This document shows, piece after piece, positions 1-15,729 of a stretch of 64,000 nucleotides of DNA. Source of the stretch: the human T2T-CHM13v2.0 reference genome, Homo sapiens; the NCBI RefSeq assembly GCF_009914755.1, contig NC_060932.1; one strand, written 5' to 3'. The notes under the pieces are model-generated. The model worked only from the letters and a program-made list of their open reading frames with translations. It was not told where the DNA came from and did not search any database. A program made the translations under genes and the position numbers. How positions within the stretch are numbered: position 1 is the stretch's first letter; every line of letters begins with the position of its first letter.

Positions 1-350
1 GATTGAATTGCAACAGTGGCAGTGGGGATACTAAGGAGAGGTTACAATACAAACATCGTTGGAGATTAAGTTTGAAAAGAGTGGAGACAGGTTGACCATG
101 AGGGTCAATGCAAAGAGGTAATATTCCAGAAAGATTCTGAGGTTAGTAATTTGGGAAGTTGAGCATATGATTTCACCATTAGCAAACATTAAGAGACAAG
201 AGGTAGAACTAGTTATTTTGGAACTAAAGGGAGAGACAGTGGATTCTTATGTTGAATTTGAGATGCCTGTGAGACAATGAGGTACGCAAATCCAGTGGAC
301 AGTCAGCAACCTGAGGGTGGTTAAGTTAGCACACAGAGATTTTGGAATTA
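1..350 (-). mobile_element. L2 LINE fragment (ancient)
   Basis: Purine-rich tract including gttgaatttgagatgcctgtgagaca, resembling antisense L2; boundaries approximate. Confidence 0.6.
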
Positions 351-1752
351 TCCTAACACAAATTTTATCTACATTTTGCATATGCATAACCTGAATTGCT
401 CAGGTGATGAAATGAAAGACATCGGTGAGTTTGCATGTAACATTTTTCTTTTATTTGCCACAATGATTGTGGTCAGTATATTTTAGTTCAACATTTACCC
501 AATCTCTCTCAGGTGGTAGACACCATGCTAGGTACTGCAGCTGCAAAAATGAGTAATTCTCAACAGTGTTATATCTCATCTAGTATCCAGACATGGAATT
601 ACTTGTACATCAAGCCAACTACTATGGTCACTAAGTGTTGGTTGATTTAAATGCTGCCTCTTTTTCTCTTTTTGGAAATGTAAGTACAGATTATAAGTAC
701 AAAGGAGGGAAATTTAATTTATATTTTGAGAATTAATTAGGTACCTTCTAAATGTAAAATATCCTACCAGATTCTAACTAGGATGTGAAAAATAAATAGA
801 GATGGTTTCTGCCTTCAAACGAGTTCACAGTTTAGAATATTGGACATACACAAGTAATGCAAGAAAAGATCAACTGTCAGAGCTTCAGCTTTCCAATTTT
901 AAATATAGGTTTTATAAGGCTACTTTAAAACTGGGGTTATTTAAATCGTTAATTGTGAATTGATTCAGGCATTCATCTACCTTGAGGTATTAGATAGGTT
1001 AATTAACTACCATGACTCATTTTTCAAATTATAACGTGAAGACTAATTTTCACTACCTTCTTCCCTTAAGATGTTAATTAATACACTTTAGCAGTGCACC
1101 ATTTCCATGTCTTATGAAGACTTCTATGTGGAGCCATGCCACATCTTGCTGACTGACACTGCCGCCTCAGCTGGGATTGTTATCACCAGCCAGGGGGAAG
1201 AGATTTGTCCAAATTCTCCTTAAGTGCTGTTCCATAGGACTGGCGCTCTTGAATACGGCAGACAGCTAACATGAATCATGCATATGCTAATTGTAATAAA
1301 TAATGAAAATATTTAGACACAGAGAGGTTTGAACTTGAACTTTATGAATAAGTTTTGATTAGTATGCAGTACAAGCTGTATACTCTGCTTTTGTTCTTAC
1401 TCTTAAAAGGCAGTCAGTACTTAATGATGCTTTGAAATTTTAGTTTTTTGTTCATCTCGTCGCTTCCACCTTTCTATCATGGAGCAAAGAAGTCACAAGG
1501 TCTAAACCCCCAGATATCAAAGTACATGTCTCCACAGGAGTCTTGACTCCTGTGTGGACACACTGATGTAATCGGGCCCTGTGTTAGTTTCAGCCAAGAA
1601 AAAAAAAAGTAGACGCTGTCTCCAAAGAAATGAGCCCAAAGCTTAGAGCCACCTCTCACTCTGTCTGAGGCTATGGTTGCTGCTGTGTAGAGTTCTAATG
1701 GGAAACCTCCATGGCTGTTGAAAGGAAACTCTGTAGAACAGATGGCCTTTTT

Positions 1753-1840
1753 TTGTTGTTAAGAGACCACCCAGAAGACAGGGCTCTGGCCTTGATGTTG
1801 TTGTTGTTGTTAAGAGACCACCCAGAAGACAGGGCTCTGG
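1753..1840. repeat. Two-copy direct duplication, period 51 bp
   Basis: ttgttgttaagagaccacccagaagacagggctctgg occurs at 1753-1789 and 1804-1840. Confidence 0.95.
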
Positions 1841-1919
1841 GACAGAAAGAAGTGGTAATTAATGAGGGCTTCACTAAGTAATCTGATTTCTAATAGATCC
1901 AAATAATGTTATGTCTAAA

Positions 1920-2690
1920 TTGAAAAGACACTAACACATGCGGGTGAGGATGGGGAGAAAAGGAAACCATTACATACTATTGGGAAGAATGTAAAGCTAT
2001 CATATCATCTAGTTGGGCATATACCCCCCAAAAAAGGAAATCTACACATCAAGAGATAATCTGCACTTCTAGGTTTGCTGCTGCACTGTTTACAATAGCA
2101 GAGATTTGGAAGCAACCTAAGTGTCCATCAACAGATGATAAAGAAAATGTGGTACATAGACACCATGGAGTACTATTCAACCATAAAAAGAATGAGATTC
2201 TATCATTTGCAACAACATGGATGCAACTGGAGATCATTGTGTTAACTAAAATAAGCCAGGCACAGAAAGGCAAACACAAAAGTATAGCTTTTTGCAGCTT
2301 TGGTTCTTATCTGTGGAATCTAAAAATCAAAAAAATTAAGCTCATGAACATAGAGAATACAAGGATGGTTACCAGAGGCTGGGAAGGACAGTAGGGAGTT
2401 GCTGGGGAGGTAGGGATAGTTAACAGGTACAAAAAAAAGTTAGAATAAATAAAATCTACTATTTGATATCACAATACGGTGACTATAGTCAGTAATAACC
2501 ATACATTTAAAAATAACAAAGAGTATAACTACATTGTTTGTAACTCAAAGGATAAATGCCGGCTGGGATGGATATATCGTTCCCCATGATGCACTTATTT
2601 GATATAGCATGCCTATATCAAAACATTTCATGTACCCCATAAATATATACACCTAACGTGAACCCCAAAATTAAAAAAAAATAAAAATAA
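1920..2690 (+). mobile_element. L1MA-type (about L1MA1-3) 3' fragment with A-rich tail
   Basis: ORF2 C-terminal and 3'UTR motifs (aagcaacctaagtgtccatcaacagatg, tcatttgcaacaacatggatg, ggttaccagaggctggg) ending in aaattaaaaaaaaataaaa. Confidence 0.85.
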
Positions 2691-4932
2691 ACTAAAAGAC
2701 AGATATAGACACAATCTAGCAATGCTCACTGAGGCATTGCCTGTGAAGCCAGCAGGGGGCAGCAGCTCCATTCTCTCTGTTCTATGGGCCCAGGAGCTAA
2801 CTGCAGGCAAGGCAGTGTGAATGGGTGACCAGGAAGGGACATAGTGGATTTGCCGGTAATAAAAATTAGTGACAATAAAGAAAAACAGTAAAACTTTTTT
2901 TTAAAGCAAGGGGGAAATATAGCTTTCTGCTACTTGTGGAAGTTAGCTTGTGTGCAGTGTTCTCCCCGCTCTTCAATCCTTTGAGATCTCCTTAGGGTTT
3001 CGTTCTGGGTTTTATTCACTTATTGACTGAGCAAGTAGTGTCAAAGTGTCAGGAGACGTCAGTCACTGTGCTAACGTAAGCGTTCATGGAAATAAAATTA
3101 ACAGGGTAGCTTTGCCTCAAAGACTATGCAATCAATTATTGAAGATAGAAAAATAAATAGAAGATTGCAACCTGATATTTGTTCTATGGTAATTAAGCAT
3201 AGCTCAAACCAGAGGGAAGGGAAACAAGAAACTGCCCTGATGAAGGTGCTTCAAACAAATGTGATTCTGTCTCATAACTTTCCCTTGATGGGGCAAAGCA
3301 TTTACTCCGCTTTTACCTGCTTACACCTGGGTGGGGGTGCATGTTGAGGATATATTCATAAACAATCAGTTTGTGCTTTGGCAGATGGAAACATGCTATT
3401 GCAAAACAATAGCTCTATTGCAGACGCGGAGGTGGGATGAGAAGCATTTATAAGAGACCTTTATTTGCAGAGGACACTTGCCCAAGCCTCCCTTGTTTCA
3501 TGCCATCGGCTCAAATGAAGACGAACAAGGAAGCAGACCTCCCACCCAGAGTTTGGTCGGAACCGACAGACACTGGCTCCCAAACCAAGTGCTTCCATGT
3601 GAATGTGACACTTCTTGTTTCTCTTGCTCTATCTCCAGTAGCAATCTTTTGTTCTACTGCCCAGAACTTAAGCTCTAAAGGTTACATAAACTTATTTTAT
3701 GAAAGACAAATTTGACAAATTCAGCAATTCATAATTTTTTTAAACAATTACTTCTACCTATTTTGCCTCCTTAACATTCAGACTTGTGGTTTTGCCAGTA
3801 TAACTTTTTGGAATTGGTTTTTTGCCTGTCTGCTTTGTATTTCTGACCTGGTATTTTACTCCTCTGAGTCAGTTTCCCACCTCAAACTCCACGACTTCTT
3901 CAAAAGCTGTGTGTCGTAACTAAAACCATCCTTCTTTCCCTTCATCAGGTTCCAAGAAGGAAGCTCTGTCATGAGTCACTCTGAATATGCAAACTTCCTT
4001 TTAATAAAACCACCTAACTTCAGTCTCCCAATTATCTAGTCATTCATTCATTCATCTATTTGTTTATAGCAGACAGAAGGGACAAGAAATAAGATAGCAT
4101 ATGCAATGAATGCATACAACCAAGCAAATATATTTCATAATTATGTCAAAGTATCACATCACAGTTAGCTCAACACTTTACACATTCTACTTTGTATTTC
4201 TAGTTCTGAAAAAAAGTTGCTAGACATTTAGAATGACATTTGCACTGAAAAATCCTAACTCAGCTAACAACTGTGATTTTTTCTGGGGCTCTGGGAGCAA
4301 TTTCTTTTTCCACAAGAATGGACCACTAAAATGAACAACGATCGGCCCAAGAGATGAAATAACATAGTTATTTTCTGTTTAATACTTCACTTAAGAAGAA
4401 CTTGTTCCTCACACATGGTTGGGCATGAAACTAAGACATCAGATTTCAGAATTCTCACTTCTCATGAACTCAAAGATAAGTACAATTTTGGTAATAACTA
4501 TACAAAGTTTAATAGCCTCGAATTTTAAAAACCTTCCACAGAAAAGCATAAACAACAGATTTAGACCTTTTGAATTAAATATCGTTAAAAATCATCTTAG
4601 TAAAGTTGATGTTTGCATGCTAGAATGTATATCTTTCAATTCTTAGTACTAGCTATTCTGAGGAACAACTAACCTCCTGCGCGTCTCCTCAATACAACTC
4701 TACAACACAGACCCGGAGACCAAAAGTCTTCAGTGTTTGCAAGTGTAAAATAGGAATGTGGAACTTACAGGTGCTTTTCGTCCTGCATGCACAAAAGCCT
4801 GGTTTGGGGTTCACAGCTATGGCTTTCCTCGGTGGACCGCATCCATAGGCTTGGGAAGAGCCTACCTGTCCACTCACTTAGACTCCACGGAGGCACTTGC
4901 CAGCTGTGGACTCTTTAAGGCTGTTATGCACA

Positions 4933-4993
4933 TCACCTGCACCTGCGTCGTGGCCCACCCTCATGCAGGTCACCTGCACCTGCGTCGTGGCCC
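4933..4993. repeat. Two-copy direct duplication, period 37 bp
   Basis: tcacctgcacctgcgtcgtggccc at 4933-4956 and 4970-4993. Confidence 0.9.
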
Positions 4994-6169
4994 CTCCACT
5001 CATCCCTGATCATGGTCTATGAGTCTTTCCTCTGCCACCATCACATCGCCAGCTGATAGCCCTTTCAGGTAAAGTATTCCTGCTTTAAGATGTTTTGCTA
5101 CTGTTACTCTTCCACCTTCTATTCAGCACAGCTGTTAACTGTTATCTGTAATGCAATGATGATAACTGTATGAAACTAGCCGATTACTTGCTACTAATGT
5201 TGAACATATGTCGAAAACATTTTAACCACTTATATGTTGAAGACTATAGTCAGTTCTGAAAACATACGATATAACACGTTAGGTCTTTTGTTTTATTCGA
5301 TGAAGTAAATTAAGTTATGGTGGTGAGACTTGCTGAAGGAGCAGCTTTCAAAATAAACTTCCCAGAGAAAGAAAATATGAAGAAATAAAACAAATGTAAG
5401 AAAATATAGCTTAACACAGCAGAATTACATTACCGAATGAGCATTGCTATACTTTCTGAGTGACGTGTCCCAAAAAAGGTGCCTGTTATTACTCAGTGCC
5501 TGCAAGAGACAACTTTTTTATCTTCTGAAGACCACTGGCTTTTCAGTTTCTCTTTGCCCACTAATAGACAAAACTATTAAAATGTCCATGTCGTTATGCA
5601 CAGGGCTTTTATACCAGGTAGGATTAAGTATAGAATCATGAGTAATCATTACCACTATTAATAAAAATACATTCTTGTTATTAAGTGCCTAATATTTGCG
5701 TGTCTCAATCAACACCACTACTGTAAAGTGAATACAAATATCCCTAATCTATACTTTTAAAAAACAAGTGCACTGGGCTAGTCCGATAAGGAGCATGTCC
5801 TCTTAACTGAGCGTTTGCCGTCAGCCCCCTGGCTCCACCCTGTCAGCACCAACGTTCTTCCTGTATTCTTTCCTGCCTTGAGAAGAGCACCTGCTCTAAA
5901 GGATCTTTGTCGACTGCAGAAACAATTGGTATTACAATCTTTATTACTGAATGCATATATAAATAATGGTCAGAGCTTCTCCTCTCCTTGCAAAAGCAAA
6001 TATTATACATTATGTTGATATATCTAGATAAAAGGGAAACAAGTGCAATGGCATGTTTCACTTCACCAATGCAGCCTTTGGTTATTGATTAGCCTTAAGA
6101 TTTTTAAACATATTGAAAACAATCATAGACTTATGCTGGTTTTGGAACTACTTTATTCTACAGTTTGGA

Positions 6170-6278
6170 ACCACTGAGCTTCTTGAAGGCAGGGACCACA
6201 CCTTTTCTGCCCTTTTTATTCTAAAAATATAACAAATCCCTACCACATGTTATGTGTTCAGTGTTAAACGAATAAACT
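6170..6278 (+). mobile_element. L2 3' end fragment
   Basis: gagcttcttgaaggcagggacc...cacatgttatgtgttcagtg...gaataaa resembles the L2 terminus. Confidence 0.55.
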
Positions 6279-6437
6279 AGCAAAGGAAATACCACTGGAC
6301 AAGTCACTAAGTTTTCTTAAGTAAAATAAAAAGTAATGTGTCATACATAAAACAAAGGTCAAATACAAACCATGAAACCATTACGCTGAAATATAAATAG
6401 GAGATTTAAGAAAATAATCATATAGAAGTTCAGAACA

Positions 6438-6752
<315 letters not shown>

Positions 6753-8246
6753 CAGAACAATGGATATAACTGTCCTGAATGCATTTTTGTCCTGCCTCTA
6801 ATTGATAGGGAAACCCTAGAAAAAAGCAATTTTTCAAGGGAGCTGAGAGAGATGCTTTTCAATCAACATGTAAATTTCCTGGACGTCACCTATGTGTACC
6901 ATTCTGTATGAGAGATGTAAAAAGGTGCAAGGCACCAGCCAAACCGCCTTAGAACTTGCAGTATTATTGAAAACATAAGCCAGACACACATGAAAAGAAT
7001 TGTAGCTGTAAACAGGTGAATTGAGTGTGGGAATTAAGGGAACCAGGGAAGTCAAAGCTTATTTTCATATAAATATGAATCTTCCAGATGCATTGAATTT
7101 TGGCCTTCCATTGGAAAAATTATTTACCAGAATTCTACAATGGACTTTTAATATCTGACTTTGGCTTAAATTAAAACTTCTTCTTAATTTTTATTCCCCT
7201 TTTGCAATCTTTAAAACTTCAAATGCAAGCCCAATTATAGTTATTATGCTCTAAACTGCATTTTGGTAATCTTTCATGAGTTGTCAGATGCAATGGATAG
7301 TTTCAGGAAATGACTTACTAAAAAATGTAGCAAGTGTTCACTTACAGCGAGCACTAAGGGTCACAACGTAGGAGCCATATTGAGCATAGGGCACATGTAT
7401 CCCTGCTGCAGGGAACCCGGGTGCCTATGTGCAAAACCACACTCAGTAGTGTTCTTCTCTGTTGGACAGTAGCCTCTAGAACTCAGGAATTTTAATAAAA
7501 ACAATTATTATGAGCTAGATGCTACTAGAACAAAAGAGTTTTTGAATGTTATTTATTATGCTAGCATTGAAAAGCAGAAATTAATAGTCACATTACACAT
7601 TAATGGTAACAATTTCAAAACAGTGAGTCACTTTCTCAAAGTAGCGTAGCTGTTAAATCTTTTTTCAACGCTTAAAGGCTTATCAATAGAACAATGGAAA
7701 CGTAGAATTGGAATAAATCTTAAAGGTTATATAATCCTGGATGACCAGTGTATGTGAAAATCAGCAGATTCTCATTTCCTTTGTGTTCAGAGCTTGTTGA
7801 ATAGTCATCTAACATGCTACTCCAGGACTCTAACATCAACTGAGTGAAGTCAAAATAAGAGATGCTAATTTACTCTCTTAAAGCTAAATATAACCAGACT
7901 CATTTGTTAGGATGTGCGAATTGAGAGTCGAGGAAATGAACAAACATGCCCAAGGGTACACTACCAGTCTTCTTCCTGGGCAGGAACATTCCAAACCACT
8001 ACATTGATTATAGATGGAACAGGGCGCTTTCCTGCATCTTGTGATTCTAGGGGAATACGATGTCTCCCTAACCAAAAACATCCCATCTATGGCCCAGTAC
8101 TTGTACCAGTATTTCTACCACCAGAGATTCACTCCTGAGGCTCAAAACTTAGTATCTTATTAAAATATATACCTTAGGGATGATTACGACCTTAAGAACC
8201 CTTCATTGTTTTCATGACTTTCCTTACAGTACATTTGGAGAGATTA

Positions 8247-8267
8247 CAACAACAACAACAACAACAA
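8247..8267. repeat. (CAA)7 microsatellite
   Basis: Direct reading. Confidence 0.95.
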
Positions 8268-8439
8268 AACCGAGAGAGAAATTGTGTGTATAAAGGAAAG
8301 TAGCAAAGACTAATCGATCTAACTCCCCTATTTCTGCACCTCCAAGTCTTCACCATCATAAAGGCCCAATCTAAAGGTACTGTCCAATTCCAGGAGACAT
8401 TTCCATTGTCCAAGCCAGGAGTTCTGTTTTCTATGGACC

Positions 8440-8605
8440 TAGGGAACTCTGCCTGAATCTTATTAAATGAATTTCACTGTAATTATTTTGGTATGTGTTT
8501 TATCTACTCTTCCAGAATATATTATTCTGTTTTACACAGTGCCTATCACAGTGCAGTGAGGTTGTACATAAGAGGTCTCTGGAACGTATCCGTTGAATGA
8601 ACAAA
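8440..8605 (+). mobile_element. L2 3' end fragment
   Basis: cagtgcctatcacagtgc...gttgaatgaa terminus. Confidence 0.5.
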
Positions 8606-10384
8606 CTGATACAACGTAAAATAGAATCAGTGGAAGCACAGGAGAGCTGAACCCTGAATTTGGAGTCAACCGCAATTTAACAAAGCCTTACCTAACACAC
8701 CCAGTGAGCTCTTTTCTGGGTGCACAGGAGTTAGTTCAGAAGCTAAGATAGAGAAAGCTGTAACGGAAAGTGTGTTTCTCATGAATCAGCAGGAAAAATG
8801 AGATTGTGAGACATTTGAGAAGGATGCTCTCAGCCTGTAGACTACGGTCACTGCATGCATGTTAAATGCCTCAGCTTTCTATCTTTAGGGGAAAAATAAT
8901 GCATGAACTGTTTGTCTAACAGCTGACACTGGTTTTGATTTACAAATCATATTTTTTCAACCAAATATGAGTCAAGTTCTACTACACGTAGCACTGGAAA
9001 AAAAAGTGTTAGTTGTAGGCACCTGGTAATTTCAAGTAGTAAGGTTACATTTTCCAGCTAAAACTAGCATTTGGGGACTCGGTGTTTTTGTTTACCTAAA
9101 TGTCCTCCAGCATCAGTAGATAGTGCCGTTATTGATACATTTTGTTTTTTTTGCAGAAAAGATCACTGGCAAAAACTCATGCCCTTCCCATAGGAAATTA
9201 ACAGATCTGAATATGGATGCTACAGCTTTCACCCACTCCTTTTATTTTCGATTTTTCTTTACTCAGCATAATGCCATCTTTTTGCTCATAACAGCCTCAA
9301 TCAGCACTCTTGGCCGCGTCAAGGTCAGGACTGCCTGCTGCGACTGGCTCGAGATTCAATAACCAGCCATGAGGGGTGCACAACATTAAATGGACACAGA
9401 TTGCTTTTTCTGTAACTCCATTTAATAAGCGTCTTTTCTAAACAATCCATGCAAAAAATATAATTTTTTAGGATCAAAAAGAAATAGAATTTACTCATTA
9501 TTATCTTAGACTCTAAACAACTAATTGTAGTGATAATTATGATTATTTCAAAACCATCTCAGTGATAAGCTTAATTAATTCTCCAGGCAAATTCACTAAC
9601 TGACAAAAGTTTTCTCATTCACGGGACAATCCAAACCAGCCTTAAAAATTTAAAAAGCTAAGAGATATGCCAGTACTACATCTGCTTAACAGTACCCCCA
9701 CAGTATACAAGAGTATGGTTTTACTTAACTTCGTGTTTCCCAAATAGACACCAGTCAATTTGGCAGCTCATGAAGCTTAATAATCAGACCTATAGCATTT
9801 TAAAAATCATTTTCACATAATACTTAGCATTTTACATGCATATTTACAAATTAAGTTCTACTAAATAATGTAAAAACTATCTATCTAATTTTCTTTATTA
9901 CATATCTGTGTTTTTATTCTCCCCTAAGCAGTTTTATTAGTATATAAAAATTATCACTAACAATAATCACCTCTTATGAGAAGTAGAGTATAACACATTA
10001 TTACACAAATATTTTTAACTACATATTTTGGTTATTGTACTGTTCAGTATTATATTTGATAAAGACACAAGAAAGCCATCAACATTTTTCGATTTAGAAA
10101 ACGAACACTGTTAATGTGCTGGTTGTTTTCTTGATGTAGACACTAGCTAGCCAGGGGATACATATCCACACCAACACACACCATACATGGGATGATCCTG
10201 TTTACAAGTGATATCCATTGCTCTCATTGAGAACTTGAATCAACCAATAATCAACCAAAAATCTTCAAGTGCAATCAGCAAAACATCTGAACGACAATTC
10301 ACCAATTTTGAAGTCACGTTCTCCTCAACTACGTATTTTGGCCACTGTTGAACTTTGGCCTACGTGGTTTCTTAGAATTTCTAT

Positions 10385-10570
10385 AGTCAACCGATATTTA
10401 TTGGGTTCCTACCATGTGCCAGGCTCTCTTTTAGGAGCTTTGCATTCAGTGTTGAAGAAGCACAGACGGGAAAGAAAGATGTGTAATATTTTGACAAGGT
10501 CTAGGAGACAATGGTGTGCTGTTTGCCGAAAGCACAGAGAGGGAGCACTGGCCGGTGCTCAGGGAGCTGC
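10385..10570 (-). mobile_element. L2 3' end fragment
   Basis: atatttattgggttcctaccatgtgccaggc matches the antisense L2 terminus. Confidence 0.65.
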
Positions 10571-12199
10571 TCAAGAATCACGTGAGTAGTATCACAAGGG
10601 CGGATTTTACTAAAGACAATTGATATTCACATCAGAAATTTACATACGATTTGTAGCTGAATTTTTCCCACTACCTAATGAGGATTTTGTCAGTCACCGT
10701 GGCTAACTAAAATGACAAGGTTACGCTAGCCTATGAACTTTGCCTATTTTGCATACACTTACAAAAGAATAGAGAATCGGCTATAAATTTGCTGAGTCAG
10801 AACATTATACTGGCCATCCACTTTCTCACTTCTTTGTTTTTCCAGAATGAGCACTTTTGCCAATCCCGGTTTGTTGTGCTACGTCCCAAATCAAACAGTT
10901 GCAGGAGTTAGAACTTCCACGTGGCCATTGAGTACCTCATCTCTTTCTCCTGTCCTGCATACTATTGTGTATGAAAACTAGCACATGCACCAAAGTACCA
11001 ACACATGTCCAGGATCTTTTTTTTCTTTTTGACCTGTACAAAAAATATAGCTCTTACTTTCAAATTTGGAAATGTGTGAAGTAAGATCTTTAACTTGTTA
11101 TTTCCATGTATACCTTACTATCTAACAGCCTGTAAGGAGATGTGTGCATATGGGTTTATAGATGGGTTTCCTTGCTTGGAGGGCTGACATGGTGGTTTTC
11201 CTAAAGCCATCACTAACTCAGCCAGTGCCCCAGCCAGGCTTGTCCTTGAGGTTTTGGCAGCACGGCTCTCTGTCTTGGTTGACTGAGCCTGTGACCAGCC
11301 TCCTGACAGCAACTCCCACAACCGACATTGCTGTTTTGGTCCAGCCACAGGCTCCTGTAAGATTCTGCTTTAAACTCATGGTACTTTTCTACCCCCTGTA
11401 GGAGGCTCAGCCTTGGTGACTACTCCAGCAATTCCTAGAAATTGTAATAGCTAAGGATGACAACATGGACTTGTAGACTAACACTTTAAATTTCTCCTTT
11501 CTTGAACTTGGTCCCATTTTAGATTAAAATCTTGTTCTGATTCTTAATCTTGCTTCCCAGGTCAAGGGTATCTTATCTTTTAACTAAGTTAGAAAGTAAA
11601 TTAGACAGCAAATGTGTTTGCAAAACTATATCTGGCATATATATGCGTATATTTATATATCAACTATATCTGTAAATATTCTTGAAATAGAATAATAGTG
11701 AAACTTACTGGAAACTAAAAACCATGTGCTTCTAAAACAGGCTATTCATTGGGAGAAAAAGATTATGTAGTGATTTTTTTTTCAAGATCCCTTACATCAT
11801 TTCGTTAATGATTTGTCAGTAGAAGAAACAACTTGTGTTTTTAAAAAGCATTCTTGTTCTGATAATTGGCGAACTTTGTCAAAATAGGGCACCACGCTCT
11901 GCTCGTGTATCAAGCTTTGATGTGAAAAGAGAACTTACAGATACTTCTTTGTTTCTGAATGCCACTCTCTCGTAAGTCACTCTCTTTTTGCATGCAAATC
12001 TAAGGTCTCTCACTATATGAAATTAATTAATGCTTAAAGTAATAATGCGTTTGATGATGCATTATATCTTTAGCACTTTAGAATCTCAAAGAAGATTTTA
12101 AGAGAATTGGCATAAATAATTTCAGACAACAGATCTTGCACATTTGAATCCTAAACAGTGACACTAACATCACATTTTCAGATACCAAATAAAAATAAA

Positions 12200-12588
12200 T
12201 CTTTTTCAATAAATTTTAAAATTTCAAACACTTTTGGATTTACAGAAAAATTGTGTAGATTGTACAGAGAATTTCCATACACCTCATACCCGACTACCCC
12301 ACTATTAACATGTTAAATTAGTGTCATACACTTGTCATGGTTAGTGGGCCGATACTGGAATATTTTATTAAAGAGTCCATACTCTATTCAGATTCTTTTC
12401 ATTTTTGCCTAATATCGTTTATCTCTTCCAGGACCCCACCGAGGACCCTGTATAACATTTAGACATGGTTTCTCCTTAAGCTCTTCAATGACTATGATAG
12501 TTTCCTGACTTTTCTTGTTCTTCACGCCTACCTTGACAGTTTTCAGGACCGTTGGTCAGGTCTTCTATAGAATTCCTCTCTATCGGGA
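12200..12588 (-). mobile_element. L1MC4-like 3' fragment
   Basis: gatttacagaaaaattg...ttccaggacccc...ccttgacagttttcaggaccgttggtcagg resembles antisense L1MC4 3'UTR. Confidence 0.75.
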
Positions 12589-13116
12589 TTTTTTTTTTTT
12601 TTTTGACGGCCTGAGATATAAGTTCTATACAATATACCTATTTAAAGTATAAATTTCAGTGTTTCATTATATTCCCAGATATATGCAACCATCACCATAG
12701 TCAATTTTAAATATTTTCATCACTGCAAAATGAAACCCTGTACCCTTTAGCAAGCACCACCCCCCATCCCTTCAAGGCAAACACACACCACCCTCTCCTT
12801 CCAGGGCCCGAACAACAACTCGTCTTCTTTTGTCTCTGTAGATTTCCCTGTTGGGGACATTTCCTATGAATGGAGTCATAGACATGCTGTATGGTTTTGC
12901 AACTGTGTTATTTTTTTTGGATATTGTCAAGGTTCATCCATGCTGCAGCATGTATTAGTACTTCATTCTTGGTCTGGCTGAATAATATTTCATTGTATGG
13001 AAATGGCACAGTTTGTCTATCCTTTCATCTAGTGATAGACTATTGGGGTGTTTCCACTTTTTCCTAGTTTGAATAATGTTGACATAAACATTGTTGTATC
13101 AGTTTTTGTGTGAATA

Positions 13117-14671
<1,555 letters not shown>

Positions 14672-15729
14672 TATATGTTTTCATTGCTCATGGGTATATT
14701 AGAAATGGCATTTCTCGATTATATTATGATGCTATGTTTAAACATTTCAGGAATTACCAGACTCTTTGCTAATGTGGCTGAACTTTTTTCCATTCCCACC
14801 AGCAGCAGACATGCGGGTTCTAATTTCTCCACATCTGTGTTACGTACGTACTATACTTGGCTTTTTTTATTCTTGCCATCCTGGTGGGTGTGAAGTAGGA
14901 TCTCATGGTGGTTTTGGATTGCATTCCCCTGATGCCTAATAACGTCAAAAATCTCTTTATGTGAATATTGGTATTTGTAAAATGTATATGAAGATCATTA
15001 ACCTATTTTTTAACTGGGTTATCTGTCATTTTATTACTGAGCTCCAAGAGTACTTTCTATGTTCTAGATGCAAATCCTTTATCAGATACACAATCCCCAA
15101 ACATTTTCTCCCATTCTACGGCTTGTGTTTTTACTGTCTTAATGGTCTCTTTGAAGAATAAATGTTTTTATTTTGATGAAATCCAATTTATCTTTTTTTT
15201 TTTTTTTTTTTTTTTTGCTCTTGCCTTTAGTAAAAAACATCTTTACTCTTTTTTCACTGATTGCTCAGGAAGCTTCCTCTCCCTTCAGTCACATGACAAT
15301 TGCAAACATTGGTTATTTTCCAAAATCTTCCATTTCCCTCCTTTGCACCACTCCTCCCCCAGCACTCTCTCCCAGGACTTCAGCGAAGTAGAAATCCTTC
15401 ATCCTCTCTTCCTCATCACTTAGTCTCTTTCTTTTCTCTCTATGACTCTTCCATCAGAACAAAGTCCTTGCTCCTTACCCCCTTAGCTTTGTCTCTCTCT
15501 CTCTCTGGATGAAGTGCAGAGTGTCGTGAAGCAGTTGTGTGCACTCATTGTTCCAGTACCTCAATTTTCTTTCAACCCCAAACCTAGTGGCTTGCCTATT
15601 ATTTTACCCAAACTGCCCTTAAAAATTCAACCAGTGACATCCTTTTGCTGAATTCAATAAAGTATGTTTAGTCCTCATGTCACATGAACCTTTATGCATT
15701 GAAGATTGTTTCCCTTGCCCCCCCCCCTT

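Noticed and set aside
10821-10850. Strong plus-strand acceptor ctttctcacttctttgtttttccag|aatg
   Set aside because: No strong nearby donor or ORF; cannot be told from a pseudo-site, though not excluded
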